Below are positions 54,845 to 58,954 of a stretch of 58,954 bases of DNA, in pieces. The first letter of the stretch is position 1. Each line of letters starts with the position of its first letter. Below the pieces are notes generated by a model that ran no database searches, was not told the origin of the DNA, and saw only the letters and a list, made by a program, of their open reading frames with translations. Source of the stretch: a virus. Taxonomy: Duplodnaviria; Caudoviricetes. The position numbers and the translations under genes are program-made. Location of the stretch: positions 1-58,954 of the IMG/VR virus record IMGVR_UViG_3300022413_000001, one strand, 5' to 3'.

Positions 54845-56433
54845 TGGCAATATTTCAGAAGTTTTTGCTTCCCATGTTGATTGTGCTAGTAGTCACTCTC
54901 CCTCGCTGGGTGGAGGCACAATCCTGTACCCATTACGCAGCAGACAGCCCACAAGGAGTGGGTGACCATACGAGTGAGGCCAATGCTGGAGATGTCAGCA
55001 CGGCATGGGCGAAACTTTCGGCGGGTGATACGCTATGCTTAGTAGATGGGACGTATACGGGTGCGAATTCGATGATTGAGCCGCCCAATGGCATGAGCGG
55101 AACAGCGGGGAATCCTATTACGGTGAAAGCACTGAATGATGGTGGGGCAACACTGAATGGCCAGTTTGCACGTCAACCAGTTGCACTCTATCAAAATGAT
55201 TGGTTTGTTCTAGAGGGATTCAATGCCCATAGCTCAAATAATTCCGTAGTACATATTGCTGGTCCAAGCGGAGGAGGCAATGGATCTGATAATGTGATAG
55301 TTCGTCGTGTAGTGGCGTGGGATGCGCCCTTTGATAGCAACTCTCAAGTATTTGATGTCGATAACAGTCAGGGTGTACTTCTTGAAGATGTAGCTGGGTT
55401 TGGTAGTGGAAGAAAGACATTTGTAGTATATAGATCTGACGATGTAATACTTAGGCGTGCATGGGGTCGCTGGGAGGGATCAAATAGGTCCGGTCCCAAG
55501 GAGGCATTTAGCTTAAGTTACCGATCCTATGATGTTATAGGGGAAAACCTTATTGCGTTTTGGACAGGCGGTTTGGGCGGCGTAACGGATCAACTTTATG
55601 GTGCATTGTCAAGAGATCGATTGGAAGCAAACGATGATCCGTGGGAAGACCCAGATCGTAATTTTGCCGGCAATGTCAAGTTACTCGGAAGCATCGCGTA
55701 TGTTCCTGCAACTGCTTCTCCAAGCCCTGGTTCAGATTTTGGAGGCGTGTTTCTTGGTGGTATGGATTTCCTTGAACTTATTGACGTTGTTTCTTATGTA
55801 AACAAGGCGACTACTAATACTTTTTCATTAGTTAATTGTGGAAGCTGTACCGGCCCGGTGGATAATTTAACCGCTTCTAATCTTACGGCGATTGGAGGAG
55901 ACGGAAGTGCACGTATTGAATCTCAATGGGCGATAAACAACATAGATGAGCGTGCGACAGTAGCACAAGCTGCAAATATATATACCAATCCAACAGGATC
56001 ACGAATATGCTACAATTTTGTTGACGGCACGCTTACCTCCGAACCCCTATGGCCCTGGCCGATGAATCAGCGTATTATTGACGCCATGACTGATGCAGGT
56101 GTGACACCGGTCGATGTGACGGCGACGATTGAGAGTATTTTTGGAACGATTCCAGCAGAATGCCGAAGTGATGCGCAGGGCATGAATCCGGGTTTTGCTG
56201 GCCCTGCAACAGGTCTGGGATTGGCGGGAGCAGGGACGCCTGCCTTTCCTGGGATCTCTACAGGGGTCGGATTGACGGGAGCAGGGACGCCTGCTTTCCC
56301 TGGGCCGTCCACGGGCATCAGCCTGACGGCCTCCGCCACACCTCCCGCGCCTGGGAATTCGACAGGATTAAGCTTGACCGGGAATGCAACCCCGCCGTTT
56401 CCAGGCATACCAACAGGATTGGGTTTCCCATGA
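54844..56433 (+). CDS. Secreted beta-helix protein with C-terminal 17 aa P.FPG..TG..L repeats
   Basis: Signal peptide ending VEA; AGDTLCL.DGTY, SGT.GNPIT..A.N.G and LWPWP motifs. Confidence 0.75.
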   Translation: MAIFQKFLLPMLIVLVVTLPRWVEAQSCTHYAADSPQGVGDHTSEANAGDVSTAWAKLSAGDTLCLVDGTYTGANSMIEPPNGMSGTAGNPITVKALNDGGATLNGQFARQPVALYQNDWFVLEGFNAHSSNNSVVHIAGPSGGGNGSDNVIVRRVVAWDAPFDSNSQVFDVDNSQGVLLEDVAGFGSGRKTFVVYRSDDVILRRAWGRWEGSNRSGPKEAFSLSYRSYDVIGENLIAFWTGGLGGVTDQLYGALSRDRLEANDDPWEDPDRNFAGNVKLLGSIAYVPATASPSPGSDFGGVFLGGMDFLELIDVVSYVNKATTNTFSLVNCGSCTGPVDNLTASNLTAIGGDGSARIESQWAINNIDERATVAQAANIYTNPTGSRICYNFVDGTLTSEPLWPWPMNQRIIDAMTDAGVTPVDVTATIESIFGTIPAECRSDAQGMNPGFAGPATGLGLAGAGTPAFPGISTGVGLTGAGTPAFPGPSTGISLTASATPPAPGNSTGLSLTGNATPPFPGIPTGLGFP

Positions 56434-56789
56434 GAAAACTTTTTTGGGTGTTATTGTGCCTCCTTCCATCCCTTGCGTGGGCGGAACCTCTGACGGTTAA
56501 TTACACGGAGCCGGCAGCTCAAGCCGGTGCGCTAGCCAGCACTAAGATTTATTGGTGTATCGGATCGTCATGCACCAATTTTGTACTGGCGCGTAAGACA
56601 GATAATACGTTTGCCATCCAAGCCAGCGATGACGGCAACGGGGGGGATGCAAAAAGCATTGATATTTCCATTCCGCTCAATGAAGCCGACTTGCCTATCA
56701 CGGTAAGAATTGCCGTTACATCAGTCAACACGAGTGGAAATGAGACGGATAAGACGGCGGTTACCGCTACGCATACCTTTAGCCCATAG
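56430..56789 (+). CDS. Small secreted FN3-like protein
   Basis: Signal peptide ending AWA; VTSVNTSGNE motif; CIGSSC. Confidence 0.6.
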   Translation: MRKLFWVLLCLLPSLAWAEPLTVNYTEPAAQAGALASTKIYWCIGSSCTNFVLARKTDNTFAIQASDDGNGGDAKSIDISIPLNEADLPITVRIAVTSVNTSGNETDKTAVTATHTFSP

Positions 56790-56800
56790 AGGAGTGGGGG

Positions 56801-58033
56801 ATGCCGATTACACTTAGCCTCGGAACACTAGACGGCGCCGACCTCGAAACGGAACAGCTCCCAGGTGGAGTGCATACACAAAGCACATTTCTCCGTCTTG
56901 GCCCAAGCAATGGGCTGGCTGAAGTTAGCACAGCCGATCCTTTGCCTGTGTCCGGAACCGTTACAGCCAACGCTGGTACGGATCTCAATACGTCGACCCT
57001 GGCGTTGGAGACGGGCGGCAATCTAGCTACCATTGCTGGCGCAGTCGCAGCAGGTGAGATGCAGGTGGATGTGGTGACCCTGCCCGTTCTGCCAAGTGGA
57101 GACAATAATATAGGCAACGTGGATATCGTCTCTTTGCCCAATGAGGGGCAACAGACGATGGCGAATTCAATTAGTGTTGCAGTGGCGTCAGACCAGGGCG
57201 CCGTGCCTGTTTCCGGAACGATTACGGCGGATGCGGGAACAAATCTGAACACCTCTGCCCTTGCGTTAGAGACGGGCGGCAATCTCGCCACGCTTGCCGG
57301 TGCAGTGTCAGGAAGCGAGATGCAGGTGGATGTGGTGACCTTGCCATCACTGCCGAGCGGGACCAATAATATAGGTGATGTCGACATTGTGACGCTGCCA
57401 CCTATTTCCGGAACGATCACCGCGAATGCGGGGACGGATCTCAATACGTCGGCACTGGCGTTAGAGACGGGCGGCAATCTCGCCACGATTGCCGGGTCAG
57501 TGTCAGGTAATGAGATGCAGGTGGATGTGGTGACCTTGCCATCACTGCCGAGCGGGACCAATAATATAGGTGATGTCGACATTGTGACGCTGCCGGTTGG
57601 GGCTCGCACATTGGGATACGACGCCCATCCGACCCCCGTCAGCAACGGCAATCCGAGCGATGCCTTTGCCGATTTACTGGGCCGTCATTGCGTGCAACCC
57701 TATGTGCCCCGAGAACTCAAGGTGCAAAATACGGTTGTACTGACGACCACCAGTGAAATCACCCTTATTGCTGCGGCGGCCTCGACTTTCCATGATTTAG
57801 TGCTGATCCTGATAGGGAATTCGTCTGGAACATTGGTAACTGTCGATTTCAGAGACGCTACGGCAGGCACGGTCAGGCATACTGCTGTGGCTGCTGCGAA
57901 CGGCGGCGGTGCGGTTGTCGCGCTACCAGTCCAGCTTAATCAGGCAGTGGCAAACAACAATTGGACGGTGCAATTATCTACCGCCGTGAGTAGCGTCTAC
58001 ATCACAGCTATCGCTATCAAACATCCGGGGTAA
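56801..58033 (+). CDS. Fibre-like repeat structural protein
   Basis: Three ~60 aa repeats SGT.TA.AGT.LNTS.LALETGGNLAT..G.V...EMQVDVVTLP. Confidence 0.7.
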   Translation: MPITLSLGTLDGADLETEQLPGGVHTQSTFLRLGPSNGLAEVSTADPLPVSGTVTANAGTDLNTSTLALETGGNLATIAGAVAAGEMQVDVVTLPVLPSGDNNIGNVDIVSLPNEGQQTMANSISVAVASDQGAVPVSGTITADAGTNLNTSALALETGGNLATLAGAVSGSEMQVDVVTLPSLPSGTNNIGDVDIVTLPPISGTITANAGTDLNTSALALETGGNLATIAGSVSGNEMQVDVVTLPSLPSGTNNIGDVDIVTLPVGARTLGYDAHPTPVSNGNPSDAFADLLGRHCVQPYVPRELKVQNTVVLTTTSEITLIAAAASTFHDLVLILIGNSSGTLVTVDFRDATAGTVRHTAVAAANGGGAVVALPVQLNQAVANNNWTVQLSTAVSSVYITAIAIKHPG

Positions 58034-58035
58034 TC

Positions 58036-58194
58036 ATGCAAGTAACCATTGAAGAAATTGAGATGTTGTCATCTATGCTAGCGCGTGCCATGTCGGAAGT
58101 TGGAAGACTGACGGTTGAGAGAGATGAATTAAGGCGCATGTATGAAGCGCAAATACACTCGCATGTGGACTACTCGACAAATCACACAGAGTAA
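58036..58194 (+). CDS. 52 aa coiled-coil peptide (not in the ORF track)
   Basis: MQVTIEEIEML...; fills the gap between flanking genes. Confidence 0.45.
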   Translation: MQVTIEEIEMLSSMLARAMSEVGRLTVERDELRRMYEAQIHSHVDYSTNHTE

Positions 58195-58197
58195 ATT

Positions 58198-58954
58198 ATG
58201 CCAGCCGCTGCATGGTTACAAAATTTACAGTTGTCTGTCTCGGCTGTGCGTACCCTTTCCATGTCAATTACGATCACCAGCGTGACGCCAGCCGTCGATT
58301 CGATTCTGGAACGCAGGCTCTCGGCGTCCTTTTCTGCTCCTAGCGTAACGCCCAGTGTTGACAGTATCGTTGATAGGGCCTTGTCTTTAAACATTACCAT
58401 CCCGAGTCTTACCCCAGATATTGATATTTCTATCTCCGGCCTTCGCGAGCTGACCCTTTCACTATCCATTTCCAGCGTGACTCCAGATACAGATGCCATT
58501 CTCGAACGCGCCTTGTCCGGTTCGTTTTCCATCTCCAGCGTGACTCCAGATGTTGACCAGATATTGGAACGCGCTCTTGCCTTGGCCCTTAATACGATAA
58601 GTACCACGCCATCCGTATCTGCTATTCTGGACCGTGCCTTGTCGGCGACGGTGTCTATTGCAAGTTTTACTCCCGATATCGACATTGATTTGAGTGGGTC
58701 CAGGTTGCTGGCTATGCCTATCACGATTTCCAGCGTGACGCCAGTCGTCGATTCGATTCTGGACCGCAACCTTTCCATGGTCTTTTTGTCTCAAATTTCC
58801 GCCACTCCTAGCGTAGACGCTTTGCTCGAGCGTGACCTGTCTGCTCCCTTTACCATTGACAGTACCACACCTGCCATAGACGCGGTATTGTTACGAGGAT
58901 TGTCCATGTCCTTGACTATGGACAGCTCAACGCCCAGCGTTGATAGCATCCTGG
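58198..58954 (+). CDS. N-terminal half of the junction-spanning repeat fibre protein
   Basis: Open from ATG 58198 (MPAAAWLQNL...) to the window end, in frame with 2..787. Confidence 0.75.
   Translation, partial: MPAAAWLQNLQLSVSAVRTLSMSITITSVTPAVDSILERRLSASFSAPSVTPSVDSIVDRALSLNITIPSLTPDIDISISGLRELTLSLSISSVTPDTDAILERALSGSFSISSVTPDVDQILERALALALNTISTTPSVSAILDRALSATVSIASFTPDIDIDLSGSRLLAMPITISSVTPVVDSILDRNLSMVFLSQISATPSVDALLERDLSAPFTIDSTTPAIDAVLLRGLSMSLTMDSSTPSVDSIL

Noticed and set aside
53078-58954. Near-identical repeats as a DGR template/variable pair
   Set aside because: No reverse transcriptase is present, differences are not adenine-specific, and both copies are coding
1-58954. Genome-wide TGA reassignment (code 4 or 25)
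   Set aside because: Many genes end in TGA with ATGA coupling; only two motif-internal TGAs were seen

Overview
This window looks like a complete, circularly permuted genome of a tailed, siphovirus-like phage: bases 58917-58954 are identical to bases 1-38, and one ORF runs in frame across that junction. It has a lambda-like morphogenesis module: TerS, TerL, portal, MuF/gp7, DUF2213-type protease, HK97-fold capsid, neck and tail proteins, a -1 frameshifted tail chaperone, and a tape measure. It also has several HTH/RHH/MucR regulators with divergent sigma70-type promoters, RecT, an SF2 helicase, a Zn-finger/AAA helicase next to an iteron origin, two DNA-modification genes, and a roughly 16 kb operon of repeat and beta-helix proteins, many with signal peptides. 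I could not recognise an integrase or an endolysin. The most notable signals are at the RNA and recoding level. (1) The MuF head protein has an in-frame UGA exactly at the Cys of its HPxCRC motif, followed 11 nt later by a GGUC-loop SECIS-like hairpin. This makes it a candidate phage selenoprotein, and its true stop is coupled to a Com-like Zn finger. (2) A tRNA-Gly-like cloverleaf overlaps the 3' end of a Mom-like adenine modifier. (3) A type III hammerhead ribozyme sits in the early-operon leader. (4) Two tandem orphan TnpB omega-RNA ends lie behind a promoter, and the first predicted guide is tnpB coding sequence. All family assignments come from motif recognition by eye, not database searches.
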